Shown here: positions 20,210-31,347 of the stretch, in pieces | Position numbering within the stretch: position 1 is the first letter of the stretch | Layout: every line of letters starts with the position of its first letter | Origin: Nitrospinaceae bacterium | GTDB taxonomy: Bacteria; Nitrospinota; Nitrospinia; Nitrospinales; Nitrospinaceae | DNA length: 64,000 nt | NCBI GenBank assembly: GCA_965223665.1 | Contig: OZ245011.1 | Span: 2,848,001 to 2,912,000, forward strand | Reading direction: 5' to 3' | Translations under genes and position numbers: made by a program | Notes under the pieces: model-generated | What the model was told of the DNA's origin: nothing | The model's database searches: none | What the model saw: only the letters and a program-made list of their open reading frames with translations

Positions 20210-22282
20210 TCAACTTTTTTTAAAAACTATCTTAGAAAAATCTCCAATTTGAGAAAACAATTCAGAAACACTTTTTAATAATGCCAATCGATTTGAACGA
20301 AGGGCTTGATCCTCAACATTCACCATAACATTGTCAAAAAAATTATCAATCTCGTCCTTAGCTCCTACTATTATTGCCAAAGCCTGGTCGTATTCCCGTT
20401 TATCCATAAATTTAATGAAAGGTTTTCGGATCTCTAATAATTTTTCAAATAATTTCTTTTCGGCAGGTTCTGTCAACAAATTAGGATCAACTTGTTCCCC
20501 GGTTTCTTTTGTCAATATACTCACAACTCGGCGAAAAGCAATTGCTAAAGGTTCAAAATACGACTGCTTTTTTAACTCGGACAAAGCTTTAGCTTTCTCT
20601 TTAGTATTTTTAAAAGAATCGATTTTAGTAGCCAGCACAGCATCAATTACATCATATTCATAACCTTCTGCATTTAATAAAGTCTTTAATCTTTGCGAAA
20701 ACAGATCTTTGCAATGAGAGCGAATTTCTTCTTCAGAAAGTTTGGCCTTTGATTTTAATTGACCAATTCCTAAATCTATAAGCCATTCCAAATCCACTTG
20801 TAAATCATATTTTATTAAGATTTGAATTATTCCTAACGCATGTCTGCGCAATCCGTAAGGATCTTCTGAACCGGATGGAATCAATTTCACAGAAATACAA
20901 CCTGTAATCGTATCTAATTTGTCGGCTAAAGCCACCAAGGCTCCCGGCAGAGTAGAGGGTAAAGAATCTTCAGCAAAAGCGGGTTTGTAATGCTCTTTAA
21001 TGGCGATAGCAATTTGGCTTCCTTCATTACTATGTTCCGCATAGTATCCACCCATAATTCCCTGAAGTTCAGGAAATTCATATACCATTTGAGTAACTAA
21101 ATCTGCTTTACACAAATAGGCAGCCCGCTCGGCCACTTGAATTGCATCTTTTTCTTTTACAAAATTTTCAAAAAGTTTAACCAAAGCAACTATGCGCATC
21201 ACTTTTTCAAATGAGGTACCTAAATCCTTTTGAAAAATTACCCCCTTTAAATTTTCCACATAATCTTCTAATTTACGTTTACGATCTTCATCATAGAAAA
21301 ATCTTGCATCTTCCAATCGTGCCCTTAAAACCCTTTGGTTCCCTAATTGAATCGTATTGTCTTTTTCCATTTTCATATTACTAATAGTAATAAAATAAGG
21401 GAGAAGTTCATCCCCAGACCAAATGGGAAAATATTTTTGATGATACGTCATGGTAATTACTAAAAGTTCTTTAGGTAATTTCAGATACTTCTTTTCAAAT
21501 TCTCCACGAATGGCAAAAGGAAACTCTACTAAATTGGTCACTGTATTCAATAAACCAGCTTCTTCCTTTATTTGACCATTCACTTCTTTTGCCAAAGATT
21601 GAACCTGGTTCAGAACATTTCTTTTCCGCTCATCTAAATCAACTAGTAGATGGTTTTCCAAACCACGCCGAAGATAGTCATCAAGACTATTAAACTCAAA
21701 ACTCCCGGGGCTCAAAAACCTGTGGCCATAAGATTTATTTCCACTGGAAATTCCTTCAAATTCAAATTTCAGGATCTGTGATTCAAAAATGGCAGCTATC
21801 CAATGAATCGGTCTAGCAAAAGGTTTTTTCTTTATAGACCAACGCATCTTCTTAGGAAAGGGAATACTCTTTATAATCTCGGGTAAAAATTTGTTTAAAA
21901 GATCAGCGGTAGGCTCTCCAATTTTTTCAACCCGCGCACAAATTACTTCTCCTTTAGAGGTTTCTTCTCTTTTTAACTCATCAAGAGAGACCCCAAATTT
22001 CTTAGCAAACCCAATAGCAGCTTTGGTAGGGTTACCTTCACCATCAAAAGCCACTTTAACGCTAGGCCCATTAAATACTTCGACTATATCCGGTTGCCGA
22101 GCCACAACCCCTGGAAACCATATTGCTAACCGCCGAGGAGTTCCCATTAATTTAGGTTTCCCTACCTCTATCCGATGTTGTTGAAAAAAATCTGATAGAG
22201 ATTTCTTCATAAAATTCAAGGCAGGATGAATATAGCCCGCAGGAATTTCTTCACTGCCAATTTCAAAAAGTAAATCAGGCAT
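20210..22282 (-). CDS. glyS: Glycine-tRNA ligase beta subunit
   Basis: LLFEIGSEEIP, TPRRL, FARPIHW, EFPELQG, GSEDPYGLRR. Confidence 0.97.
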   Translation of the reverse strand: MPDLLFEIGSEEIPAGYIHPALNFMKKSLSDFFQQHRIEVGKPKLMGTPRRLAIWFPGVVARQPDIVEVFNGPSVKVAFDGEGNPTKAAIGFAKKFGVSLDELKREETSKGEVICARVEKIGEPTADLLNKFLPEIIKSIPFPKKMRWSIKKKPFARPIHWIAAIFESQILKFEFEGISSGNKSYGHRFLSPGSFEFNSLDDYLRRGLENHLLVDLDERKRNVLNQVQSLAKEVNGQIKEEAGLLNTVTNLVEFPFAIRGEFEKKYLKLPKELLVITMTYHQKYFPIWSGDELLPYFITISNMKMEKDNTIQLGNQRVLRARLEDARFFYDEDRKRKLEDYVENLKGVIFQKDLGTSFEKVMRIVALVKLFENFVKEKDAIQVAERAAYLCKADLVTQMVYEFPELQGIMGGYYAEHSNEGSQIAIAIKEHYKPAFAEDSLPSTLPGALVALADKLDTITGCISVKLIPSGSEDPYGLRRHALGIIQILIKYDLQVDLEWLIDLGIGQLKSKAKLSEEEIRSHCKDLFSQRLKTLLNAEGYEYDVIDAVLATKIDSFKNTKEKAKALSELKKQSYFEPLAIAFRRVVSILTKETGEQVDPNLLTEPAEKKLFEKLLEIRKPFIKFMDKREYDQALAIIVGAKDEIDNFFDNVMVNVEDQALRSNRLALLKSVSELFSQIGDFSKIVFKKS

Positions 22283-22558
22283 TAATTATTCTTAACTTTC
22301 TCAAAGGGCTTGTTAAAAACAAAATAAAACACACCAATGATTAAATACATTAGATGAAGCCGGGTTTTTAGCAAACTCAAAAATGTTTGTCAAACCAGGT
22401 TTTAGAACGAAAAAGGGCATTTAGGTCGGCTTCTAAATTATAGAAATACAATGAATTTCAAAGAAAAGTGAATATCTTTAAAATAACGACTATAATATAT
22501 TTATTTTCAGTTAGTTGCAATTATTCCACTATTCCTTTGAAAACGCCTGGAGTTTCGT

Positions 22559-25081
22559 TTGAAATCTCTTTTTTTAATTTTGATCGCCGGTTTAACCGGC
22601 CTGGGCCTTTGGTTTTTACTAAAAACTACATTAAAAAAATCTCAAAATAAAGACCCGAACAATCCAGTCCCTGATAAATCAGATTCAGGAGATAATATCG
22701 CATCCAAAATTGTCCAAAAATTTGGGATGTCAGACAAAGTAAAAAATCAAATCTCAAAAGTTCAATCAGAAAAAACCCAAAACAAGCTAAGAAGTGTTTC
22801 CCTACATCAGGTCACCATGCCTCTCAAAAATTTTGTCGGGCGGAAAGGGGATATGGTAGAGATTCTTCAAAAAAATCGAGAAGGAACAAAAATATTTTGT
22901 TTTTATGGGCAACTTGGAATTGGTAAAACAAGTTTTGGAGTTTATATATGTGAAAAGCTGGTTCCTTTTTATCCTCACAGTCAAATTTATTTTGATTTAG
23001 AATTTTCAGAGACTCCTAGAAAAGGGACTTTGGATGCGATGGCTCACGTACTTAAAACATTAAGACCCGAAATAAAAATACCATCATCAGAAAGAGATTT
23101 AGCAACTCTTTACTTTAATTCGCTCAGAAATAAAAAAGCTGTTTTATTTTTTGATAATATTTCTGGGCTCGATCAGATTAAAAAATTAAAAGCTCCTAAA
23201 TCCTGTGTGACCCTGTTTACTTCTTCAAAGGCAATAAAAGATACCGAGATTCTTTCCAAAGAGTTGAGTACTCCTCCATCAGAAGATGCAAGAGATATCC
23301 TATTAAGCAATTGTCCACGTATTGGCTTTTGGACGGCAGAGATAGGTAAGTCCTGTGGATATAATCCTTTGGCTTTATCAATTTGCAGTCGATTTCTTGG
23401 AATGTCTGAAGAGCAGGACCCAGGAGCGTTTTCAACTCAACTCCGTGACGCAAACAAAAAACTAGAGAGAGGGGATAAAGATCGCCACCAGTTGGGGATT
23501 GAATCAACATTGAGCCTGGTTCTATCTTTTTTGGCAGATCATATGATAAAGACTCTTGCAAAATTAATGGTGTTCAAAGGTTCTTTTGATGCCTCCGCCG
23601 AGGGATTTATTTGTGATGACAGGAGTGGTGATAATTTGGATATTTTAACTCACATAGGGTTGGTCCATTATGAAAAAGATAATAACCGATATCGAATTCA
23701 TAAATTAGTTCGAGAGTGGATGAGTCAAAAACAGTACAAAATTTATTCAGCGCAAGCTCAAATGAGACACGCCACCTACTACATGACAACAATGGAACAC
23801 ATCAAGCAACTATATAATTCCAATAAAAAAGATCAAATGATTCAAGCTCTGCAATTGTTTGATTTGGAATGGCCCAATATTCGGGAAGGACAAGCATGGG
23901 CAAAAGATAATGGACTAAAAGACTTTGACGCGGCCAAAGTTTGTAATGGATATGCAGAAGCAGGGACTAAAGTTTTAAAATTACGCTGTTCTCCTAAAGA
24001 GCGATTGGAATGGTATGAAGCCGCCTTATCTGCTGCGCGTTATCAACAAAATGAAGAATCTGAAAAAAATCACTTGCTCAATATTGGAACTGAATACTTG
24101 ATATTAAAAGATTTCAAAAATTGTACTGAATATTTGGAGAAGGCTGTAAAACTTGGAGAACAAAAAGATGATCCCGAAGTTTTATGTGAAGCCTATCATA
24201 AATTAGGTCAGGCTTATATTGCCCAGAACCAACTTGAAAAAGGAATAGAACTTCTCCAAAAAGAACTTGGTATAGCAAATAAGAGAGGTGAAAGTAAAAT
24301 TGAAATTCTGGCATGTGAAGAATTAGGAAATGCCTATTTCAAAAGAAATGAATTTAATGAAGCCATTGAATACTTTAATAAAGGGTTAACATCCGCTCAA
24401 AATTTGAAAGATACTCAAATTGAAATTCGCTTACTCATGGCCTTAAGTAAAGCTTTGATTAAATCCGACCAGGGAAGGGAAGCAATAAATTTTCTTAAAA
24501 AAGGTTTAGCTGTTTCAGCTAACATTAAAAATGCATTTATTGAAGCAGAGCTATTAGCCCATCTGGGAGATGTACATGTGTCTATGAATGAGAACCCTCA
24601 GGCAATGGCTTTTTACGAAAAAGCTGTAGAAATTTATAAAAAACACAAGGACAGCAATAAAGAGGCCGAAATTTTGGGGCGACAAGGATTGGCTTGGATT
24701 AAATCCGGTAACCCCACTAACGGAATCCAGCTCATTGAAAAAGCAATAAAAATAAGTAGAGCAAATCGAAATATCGTAGAAGAAATGACTTTACTCAGTT
24801 TCCTTGGGGCTGCACTTCTGGAAACAGGAAATATTCAAATGGCTACCGAGGCTTTTGACCGTCAATTGAATCTTGCCAAAAAAACCCGCTCCGGATTGGT
24901 CGAAGCCAAAGCCTTGCACCATCTAGGACAATTAGAACAAAAGCAGGGCAATATTGCCAAGGCTGTAAATAACTTCAAAATGGCACTAAACCTCTATGAA
25001 AGGGCTAAATCGCCTTTGGTAGAAGAAGTGCGCCAAGATTTAGACCTCATAGAAAAACAATCCAAAAAACCGGTCAGCTAA
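22559..25081 (+). CDS. N-terminally membrane-anchored NB-ARC/STAND NTPase with C-terminal TPR array
   Basis: Hydrophobic N-terminus; FVGR; Walker A GQLGIGKT; Walker B AVLFFDN; CGYNPLAL (GxP); RYRIHKLVR; many TPR-like repeats; TTG start with GGAG upstream. Confidence 0.85.
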   Translation: MKSLFLILIAGLTGLGLWFLLKTTLKKSQNKDPNNPVPDKSDSGDNIASKIVQKFGMSDKVKNQISKVQSEKTQNKLRSVSLHQVTMPLKNFVGRKGDMVEILQKNREGTKIFCFYGQLGIGKTSFGVYICEKLVPFYPHSQIYFDLEFSETPRKGTLDAMAHVLKTLRPEIKIPSSERDLATLYFNSLRNKKAVLFFDNISGLDQIKKLKAPKSCVTLFTSSKAIKDTEILSKELSTPPSEDARDILLSNCPRIGFWTAEIGKSCGYNPLALSICSRFLGMSEEQDPGAFSTQLRDANKKLERGDKDRHQLGIESTLSLVLSFLADHMIKTLAKLMVFKGSFDASAEGFICDDRSGDNLDILTHIGLVHYEKDNNRYRIHKLVREWMSQKQYKIYSAQAQMRHATYYMTTMEHIKQLYNSNKKDQMIQALQLFDLEWPNIREGQAWAKDNGLKDFDAAKVCNGYAEAGTKVLKLRCSPKERLEWYEAALSAARYQQNEESEKNHLLNIGTEYLILKDFKNCTEYLEKAVKLGEQKDDPEVLCEAYHKLGQAYIAQNQLEKGIELLQKELGIANKRGESKIEILACEELGNAYFKRNEFNEAIEYFNKGLTSAQNLKDTQIEIRLLMALSKALIKSDQGREAINFLKKGLAVSANIKNAFIEAELLAHLGDVHVSMNENPQAMAFYEKAVEIYKKHKDSNKEAEILGRQGLAWIKSGNPTNGIQLIEKAIKISRANRNIVEEMTLLSFLGAALLETGNIQMATEAFDRQLNLAKKTRSGLVEAKALHHLGQLEQKQGNIAKAVNNFKMALNLYERAKSPLVEEVRQDLDLIEKQSKKPVS

Positions 25082-25168
25082 ACCCCACCTAATAAATTCA
25101 CAAAACTCCTAATTTAGTGTAGTATTTTTATTTAGACCTAAATTTCTCTTAATAATTTAATTTTTCTG

Positions 25169-27058
25169 ATGAAACATTACGATGTCATTGTGATTGGAGG
25201 AGGCCATGCCGGTTGTGAGGCCGCTTTGGCCTCGGCGAGAATGGGGGTTTCCACCCTATTATTGACCTTGGACATGGACAATATCGCCCTCATGCCATGT
25301 AATCCGGCGATAGGTGGGGTGGGTAAAGGCCACATGGTTCGGGAAATTGATGCCTTAGGGGGTCAAATGGCAAAGGTAATTGACAATACCGGAATTCAGT
25401 TCCGGATGCTCAATGCCTCTAAAGGCCCTGCCGTCCAAGGAAACCGAGCACAAGCTGATAAATTCCAATATAAAAATGAAATGCGAAGGGTGTTGGAACA
25501 ACAGTCCGGATTAGATATTGTTATTGAAGAAGTAGAAGAGTTTTTAATAAAAAATGAAAAGGTTTCAGGTGTGCGGACAGCCCAAGGTTCCCACTACTCC
25601 ACTCAAACTTTAATCATTACTACTGGTACTTTTTTACGTGGGCGTATTCATATCGGTTTGGAAAGTCGACCGGCAGGTCGAGTAGGTGAGAAACCTTCTA
25701 ATAAACTTTCGGAATCCTTTTTAGCTTGTGGGTTTGAATTAGGACGTCTCAAAACAGGTACACCCCCTCGGCTTCACAGTGGCTCAATTGATTTTAATAA
25801 ATGTGAAATTCAACATGGAGACACCTCTCCGCAACCTTTTTCTTTTAGCAACCAATCTGTAGAACACCGGCCAAAAATACCGTGCCATATAACATACACC
25901 AATTTAAATACAGCCGAAGTGATCCGTAAAAACATGGAGCTTTCCCCACTTTATAGCGGAAAAATTGAAGGCATTGGTCCAAGGTATTGCCCATCTATTG
26001 AAGACAAAGTAGTTAAGTTTCCTGATAAAGAAATGCATCACATATTCCTGGAACCCGAAGGGTTAGAAACGGATCGGGTTTATCCAAACGGTGTCTCTAC
26101 AAGTTTACCTGAATTTGTTCAATTAGAGTTTATTAGGACTATCCCTGGTTTAGAGAATGCAACCATTGCTCGTCCCGGGTACGCAGTAGAATATGATTTT
26201 GTTCCACCGACTCAATTAAAATCGACACTTGAAACTAAAAAGATAAAAGGCCTGTTTCATGCCGGACAAATTAATGGCACTTCAGGATACGAGGAAGCTG
26301 CTGCACAAGGTTTAATAGCTGGAATTAATGCCGCCTTGCAAGTAAAAAACCTTGCTCCCTTTGTCTTAACTCGAATGGATGCTTATATTGGTGTTTTAAT
26401 TGATGATCTGGTTACTAAAGGTACACTAGAACCATATCGCATGTTCACTTCAAGGGCAGAGTATAGGTTACTTTTAAGACAAGATAACGCAGACCGTAGA
26501 TTGATGGAAAAAGGAAATCAGCTCGGTTTAATTTCAAAAGATTTATTTGAAAAATGCCTAGAAAAACAAAAAACTCTTACCACCGAAATCGATCGGCTGA
26601 AAAACACTAAGATTGTCCCCAATAAAGAGGCCAAACCTCTGTTGGCACAAATAGGTATTAAAGATTTAAAAGGGCCTACTACTTTAAGTGGTCTTTTACG
26701 TCGCCCCGAAATTTCTTATAACCAACTCATTCAAGTTTTTAATGGAGCCCACGTATCACCCAATATTGCGGAACTTGTAGAAATTGAAGTCAAATATGAG
26801 GCTTTTATTGAGCGACAAAACCAAATGGTAAAAAAGCAAAAGAAATTGGAAAATTATTCAATCCCGCACAATTTAAGTTTTAAAGAAATTCCTGGACTTT
26901 CCAACGAGGAAATTCAAAAATTGGAAAAACTCCGTCCTGCCAACTTAGGCCAGGCCTCGCGCATTTCAGGGGTGACCCCGGCCGCTATCACTATTATTAT
27001 GATGTTATTAGAACGTCGATTTAATTCTAAGACTTCCAGCGGAACCGCAACCATTTAA
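25169..27058 (+). CDS. mnmG: tRNA uridine 5-carboxymethylaminomethyl modification enzyme MnmG
   Basis: [54 protein letters not shown]. Confidence 0.98.
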   Translation: MKHYDVIVIGGGHAGCEAALASARMGVSTLLLTLDMDNIALMPCNPAIGGVGKGHMVREIDALGGQMAKVIDNTGIQFRMLNASKGPAVQGNRAQADKFQYKNEMRRVLEQQSGLDIVIEEVEEFLIKNEKVSGVRTAQGSHYSTQTLIITTGTFLRGRIHIGLESRPAGRVGEKPSNKLSESFLACGFELGRLKTGTPPRLHSGSIDFNKCEIQHGDTSPQPFSFSNQSVEHRPKIPCHITYTNLNTAEVIRKNMELSPLYSGKIEGIGPRYCPSIEDKVVKFPDKEMHHIFLEPEGLETDRVYPNGVSTSLPEFVQLEFIRTIPGLENATIARPGYAVEYDFVPPTQLKSTLETKKIKGLFHAGQINGTSGYEEAAAQGLIAGINAALQVKNLAPFVLTRMDAYIGVLIDDLVTKGTLEPYRMFTSRAEYRLLLRQDNADRRLMEKGNQLGLISKDLFEKCLEKQKTLTTEIDRLKNTKIVPNKEAKPLLAQIGIKDLKGPTTLSGLLRRPEISYNQLIQVFNGAHVSPNIAELVEIEVKYEAFIERQNQMVKKQKKLENYSIPHNLSFKEIPGLSNEEIQKLEKLRPANLGQASRISGVTPAAITIIMMLLERRFNSKTSSGTATI

Positions 27059-27063
27059 GAAAA

Positions 27064-27300
27064 ATGTTTCCAAAATATACCGATTCTGTTCAATGGATCC
27101 TGGAGGTTGAAAAAAAGGAAATCGCATACATCGTAGGATTGTTTGAAGGTTATGATGACTTCGCGGTTGTTCGGACACTTGACCCTGCTCGTGGACATAT
27201 CGAACTCATGATCTCTCCAGATTTCGAGAATGAAGTCGCTAAGTTAATTGAAAAGTTATCAAAAGAAATTTCTTTAAGAATTTTAAGCAAAGAAAAATAA
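27064..27300 (+). CDS. DUF4911-like small protein
   Basis: EIAYIVGLFEGYDDFAVVRTLD; immediately follows mnmG. Confidence 0.7.
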   Translation: MFPKYTDSVQWILEVEKKEIAYIVGLFEGYDDFAVVRTLDPARGHIELMISPDFENEVAKLIEKLSKEISLRILSKEK

Positions 27301-27314
27301 TTTTTTTAGACCAT

Positions 27315-27833
27315 TCAAAATTGAATCATTGAAAAAATAGGAAGATTTTTCAGTTTATCTTTTCCATTTAGAAAGGTTAATTCGATAATGAATGAAGCTT
27401 CTACAATTTCGGCTTGAAAATTTTTATTGATTAATTGAACTGCCGCAGCCATGGTTCCCCCTGTAGCCAAAACGTCATCTATCAAAACAACCCTTTGACC
27501 CTGCTTGAGGGCATCCTGATGAATTTCAATACTGTCAGTCCCATATTCTAATGAATAACTTTGTTCAAAAGTTTTGTAAGGAAGTTTTCCGGGTTTACGG
27601 ACAATCACACAACCGGCCCCTAAAGCATATGCTAAGGTGGCTGCAAAAATAAATCCTCGCGCTTCAATGCCTACGACCATATCAATTTTCTTGCCGGTAT
27701 AACGCATCTTTAAAGAATCAATTACCTTAGTAAAATGAACTGGATCAGATAACAGTGGGGTGATGTCTTTAAATACAATTCCTTCTTTAGGAAAATCAGG
27801 TATGTCCCGGATAATGGTTTTTAACTCTTCCAT
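27315..27833 (-). CDS. apt: Adenine phosphoribosyltransferase
   Basis: IRDIPDFPKEGIVFKDIT, EARGF, RKPGKLP, IDDVLATGGT; start moved to MEELK. Confidence 0.97.
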   Translation of the reverse strand: MEELKTIIRDIPDFPKEGIVFKDITPLLSDPVHFTKVIDSLKMRYTGKKIDMVVGIEARGFIFAATLAYALGAGCVIVRKPGKLPYKTFEQSYSLEYGTDSIEIHQDALKQGQRVVLIDDVLATGGTMAAAVQLINKNFQAEIVEASFIIELTFLNGKDKLKNLPIFSMIQF

Positions 27834-27887
27834 AGAAGTTCCTTTCTGGTTGAACAATCTAAGATACTTTATTTTGGAAAAGCAATC

Positions 27888-28616
27888 CTATCTTTTCCTG
27901 GGTAAGAATAACAGAGGATTTTTTGGATGGGAATCATTTCTCACTTCAAAATGGAGATGCGGTCCAGTAGCACGCCCACTTTTACCTACATAAGCAATTC
28001 TCTGTCCCTTTTTTACGTAGGCACCTTTTTTTACTAAATTTTTAGCGTTATGTGCATAGACCGTGGTTAGATGTCCTGGATGCTTAATGATAATCATTCG
28101 ACCATAACCCGTCGGCCCCCAACCACTAAACTTTACCCGTCCTCCCTTGGCAGCAATAATTGGGGTTCCCCTGGGTGCTCCAATATCAATTCCCTCGTGC
28201 TTTCGACCTCGCCGGCGACCAAATTGAGATGTTAGTGTTCCTCGTACTGGCCAAATTAAATTTCCCCTGTATGATCTTTTTCTGGCTTGTTTCTTGGGAA
28301 TTCTTTTTGCACTATAAACTTTTTGACCGACTCCCTGAACTGTAGGAGGGACTTCCAGAATTCGAATTGCACCTGGAATCCATAATTGATGACCGACCTG
28401 GATTTGACTGGGGTCCCAAATTTGGTTTGCCGCTTGCAAAACTCGAACATCCACCTGATAAGTTTTTGCAATTGTATAAAGAGTTTGGCCTTTTTGGACA
28501 CGATGATAAACACCCGGGGTTTCTAGACGAAGAGATTTTCCTCCTCCACACCCGGAAATCAATGACAGTAAAATACCGGCTAATACTATCGAAGAAATGA
28601 ATCGTATTTTATTCAT
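27888..28616 (-). CDS. LysM + M23 peptidase lipoprotein (NlpD-like)
   Basis: Lipobox ISGC; LysM (HRVQKGQTLYTIA); HEGID, YAH and HLHFE zinc motifs intact. Confidence 0.92.
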   Translation of the reverse strand: MNKIRFISSIVLAGILLSLISGCGGGKSLRLETPGVYHRVQKGQTLYTIAKTYQVDVRVLQAANQIWDPSQIQVGHQLWIPGAIRILEVPPTVQGVGQKVYSAKRIPKKQARKRSYRGNLIWPVRGTLTSQFGRRRGRKHEGIDIGAPRGTPIIAAKGGRVKFSGWGPTGYGRMIIIKHPGHLTTVYAHNAKNLVKKGAYVKKGQRIAYVGKSGRATGPHLHFEVRNDSHPKNPLLFLPRKR

Positions 28617-28779
28617 AGCAAATAGATAACTTATTGTTTGTCAATAGATTATATCATTTTCATTTTAGGGATCAAGGTCACTACTTCCTTTACAAGGGGC
28701 ATGGGTTTATGTATAAATCAAACTAGAAATAGAATTTTTTTAAGGTAAGTAACCCATTCGCTAACTATGGATATTTCAA

Positions 28780-29922
28780 GTGAAATCAAAAAATAAAATT
28801 ATTATATTTTTTCTTCTTTTTTATTTTATTGGGATACTGGGATGTGGACCCACCGCAAAAGATCCTGAACCTTTTGCGGTTCCGGTGGTATATGAAACCG
28901 GTAAAAAGCCTGCCACGTTAGTAGCCCATGATATGAATAATGATGAATTTCCAGACATTTTAGTACCAAACACGGATGATCACACATTGATGTTTTTCCG
29001 TGGAAATGGAGATGGTACGTTTGCAGAACCATTTTTAATGAATACGGGTCGAGAACCTGTTGCCATAGAGGTGGGAGACTTCAATAATGATCGTATTCCT
29101 GATGCAGCCGTTTGCAACTATGGTGACAATACGCTTTCAATTATTCTTGGTCAAAAAGACGAAGTGTTTAAAATGATGGATCCCATTAAAATTGGCAAGC
29201 TTCCTATTGCCATTTCCAAAGGTGATTTCAATAACGATCATAATCTGGATTTAGCTGTGACCTTGAGATTTGATAAATTGATTATTTTATTAGGGAATGG
29301 GGACGGTACTTTTAAATTGGCAGAAGCTTACAAAGCTGGAGGAACACCTGCCAGGTTAGTGGTCGGGGATTACAATTCAGATCAAAAGGAAGACATCGCC
29401 ATAACTTTTAATGCAGTAAAAACAAATTTTATAAAAATATTTTTTGGTAATGGAGATGGAACTTTTGCCCCACCGAAACGAATAATGGGTGGACATCAAT
29501 CAGGTTTCATAACACAGGGAGATATGGATGAAGATGGCAAGGTAGACCTTTTGGTTTCCAGCCCCATGGCCGATAGCTTAACTATCTTTATGGGAGATGG
29601 AAAAGGAAATTTTATTAAGAAAGACGATTTCGCAGCTGAAAAAGGGCCCAATTATATTGTTACAGGAGAGTTTACGGGAGATAAAACTCTTGATCTGGTA
29701 GTGGGCAACCAGAGAGATGGAACTATTTCACTTTTACCGGGGCGTGGAGATGGAACATTTGTTTTCCCACATTACAATTACCCTGTCGGACGACATCCCC
29801 GAGCTGTAGCAGGGGCGGATTTTAATAAAGACGGACTCAAAGACATTGCAGTCATATTATATGATTCACATACATTACAAATATTTATGAGACGCTTTGA
29901 AAATAATACTATTGAGTCGTAA
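28780..29922 (+). CDS. FG-GAP/VCBS repeat lipoprotein (beta-propeller)
   Basis: Lipobox ILGC; seven repeats of GDFNxDxxxD...GNGDGTF. Confidence 0.9.
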   Translation: MKSKNKIIIFFLLFYFIGILGCGPTAKDPEPFAVPVVYETGKKPATLVAHDMNNDEFPDILVPNTDDHTLMFFRGNGDGTFAEPFLMNTGREPVAIEVGDFNNDRIPDAAVCNYGDNTLSIILGQKDEVFKMMDPIKIGKLPIAISKGDFNNDHNLDLAVTLRFDKLIILLGNGDGTFKLAEAYKAGGTPARLVVGDYNSDQKEDIAITFNAVKTNFIKIFFGNGDGTFAPPKRIMGGHQSGFITQGDMDEDGKVDLLVSSPMADSLTIFMGDGKGNFIKKDDFAAEKGPNYIVTGEFTGDKTLDLVVGNQRDGTISLLPGRGDGTFVFPHYNYPVGRHPRAVAGADFNKDGLKDIAVILYDSHTLQIFMRRFENNTIES

Positions 29923-30021
29923 GTTCCCAAATTTAAATTTTTTCAAAACTCTTATCAGTTATACTGTATTTAAACTCTATTTTTCTTTTTTAAACCTCAG
30001 AACATATTAGATTTAACGTTT

Positions 30022-30522
30022 ATGGTTCAAGCAAATTCAATATTATTAAGAAATTTAATAATTTGGATTATTTCAACCTTATTGATTCCCATGGAGGGAA
30101 ATACTCAAACAATATCTCCTTCCAACCGAGTTGTTTTACCTATTTCCACTCAATTATATTTGCCTGATTACAAAGATAAAACTACAAGGTGGCTTCCAAC
30201 AGAAAAACAGGTAGATGAGAGCCTAGCTTCTGTTTTAAAATTTCTAAGAGATAATAAATTACACAATCAATTATACCCATACTATAAAAATCAAATAAAA
30301 AAAATCCTTAAACATTTTTCCAATTATCGAGTTCAACTTGTGGGAGGAACGGTAAATAGAAAAAAACGAATATGGTTAAATTTTTTTCTGGTGGATACTG
30401 ATTTCAAGGATTGGAAACAACGACCTATTATTGTTTTGGATGGCGGGTATCATTTCTGGCAAATTGAATACACTATTGATGGGAAACAATGCATTAATTT
30501 CCGGGTGAATGGTTCAGCCTAA
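30022..30522 (+). CDS. Hypothetical exported protein
   Basis: Hydrophobic N-terminus; 166 aa; C-terminal VLDGG..FWQ..Y...C.NF.VNG. Confidence 0.7.
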   Translation: MVQANSILLRNLIIWIISTLLIPMEGNTQTISPSNRVVLPISTQLYLPDYKDKTTRWLPTEKQVDESLASVLKFLRDNKLHNQLYPYYKNQIKKILKHFSNYRVQLVGGTVNRKKRIWLNFFLVDTDFKDWKQRPIIVLDGGYHFWQIEYTIDGKQCINFRVNGSA

Positions 30523-30532
30523 TAGAATACTT

Positions 30533-30730
30533 TCAAGAACCTTGCTCAAAATCATCTACTTCTGGATTGACCTGTTCACCTTCAATTGAATAACTCTGTC
30601 CAAGCCATTTACTGAGATCAACCAGTCGACAACGTTCCGAACAAAAGGGGAAATGCCGGTTTTCCTTTTTTGAAACTTTCTTTTTACAAATTGAACAGAT
30701 TTGAAAAAGTTTTTTGGAAGAGGATTTCAT
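30533..30730 (-). CDS. yacG: DNA gyrase inhibitor YacG
   Basis: CSIC...FPFCSERCRLVDLSKWL zinc finger; RBS GAGG. Confidence 0.9.
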   Translation of the reverse strand: MKSSSKKLFQICSICKKKVSKKENRHFPFCSERCRLVDLSKWLGQSYSIEGEQVNPEVDDFEQGS

Positions 30731-30867
30731 AAACTACACCTCTAAATATTTCATGTGCTCTTACAAGGATACAGTAAAGTTTTAATCAGGTAAATCGGCC
30801 CGAAAGACTAAATTCTTTTATATCTCTAAAGGCAAAACCTTTTAGAGACTTCTCTTTCCCTAAGTAG

Positions 30868-31347
30868 CTAACAATCAAATGGGACAATGTTCGGAAAATT
30901 ATTATTCAAATTATCTACCATTTGTTTTGCATCAGGTCCTGCTCCTACCATCACCGCTGTGGAGCCTTCTTTATTACAGGCTCCCGCTTTAGGGCGGGAA
31001 ACACATACAATGTATCCTCGAGTTGAGAAAGTCATTCCACTTACTTCGGAGTTACCTTTTTTAATATTAAAAATTTTTATTTTGTCAATAGAGGTTTTTT
31101 TTAAAGTTTGTTCGGCAGCTTGTAAACAAGTTTTTTTTCCAAAAAGCAAATCCTTCAATCTGTAATAGGACGCAGGAACATTTGCTTTTAATTTTAATCT
31201 GGGTTTGGCTTGTATATTTCTTTTTTCTTCAACCGATCTTATTTGGGAAAATGATGTTTGAACATAAGACAACAGCATTACATTAGTTAGCAGGACCCAA
31301 AAGATCTTAAAAAATATCTGATTTTTTAAATTTAAAACCGTATTCAT
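30868..31347 (-). CDS. Hypothetical exported Cys-containing protein
   Basis: RBS AGGAG supports a start at 31347 (MNTVLNLK) rather than 31422; signal-like segment; four Cys. Confidence 0.6.
   Translation of the reverse strand: MNTVLNLKNQIFFKIFWVLLTNVMLLSYVQTSFSQIRSVEEKRNIQAKPRLKLKANVPASYYRLKDLLFGKKTCLQAAEQTLKKTSIDKIKIFNIKKGNSEVSGMTFSTRGYIVCVSRPKAGACNKEGSTAVMVGAGPDAKQMVDNLNNNFPNIVPFDC

Noticed and set aside
25082-25168. Possible oriC next to mnmG (gidA)
   Set aside because: No DnaA-box cluster; the only TTATCCACA I noticed is isolated inside the ATP-grasp gene near 35195
28780-29922. Recurrent DNA motifs resembling a repeat array
   Set aside because: Explained by FG-GAP protein repeats; not CRISPR
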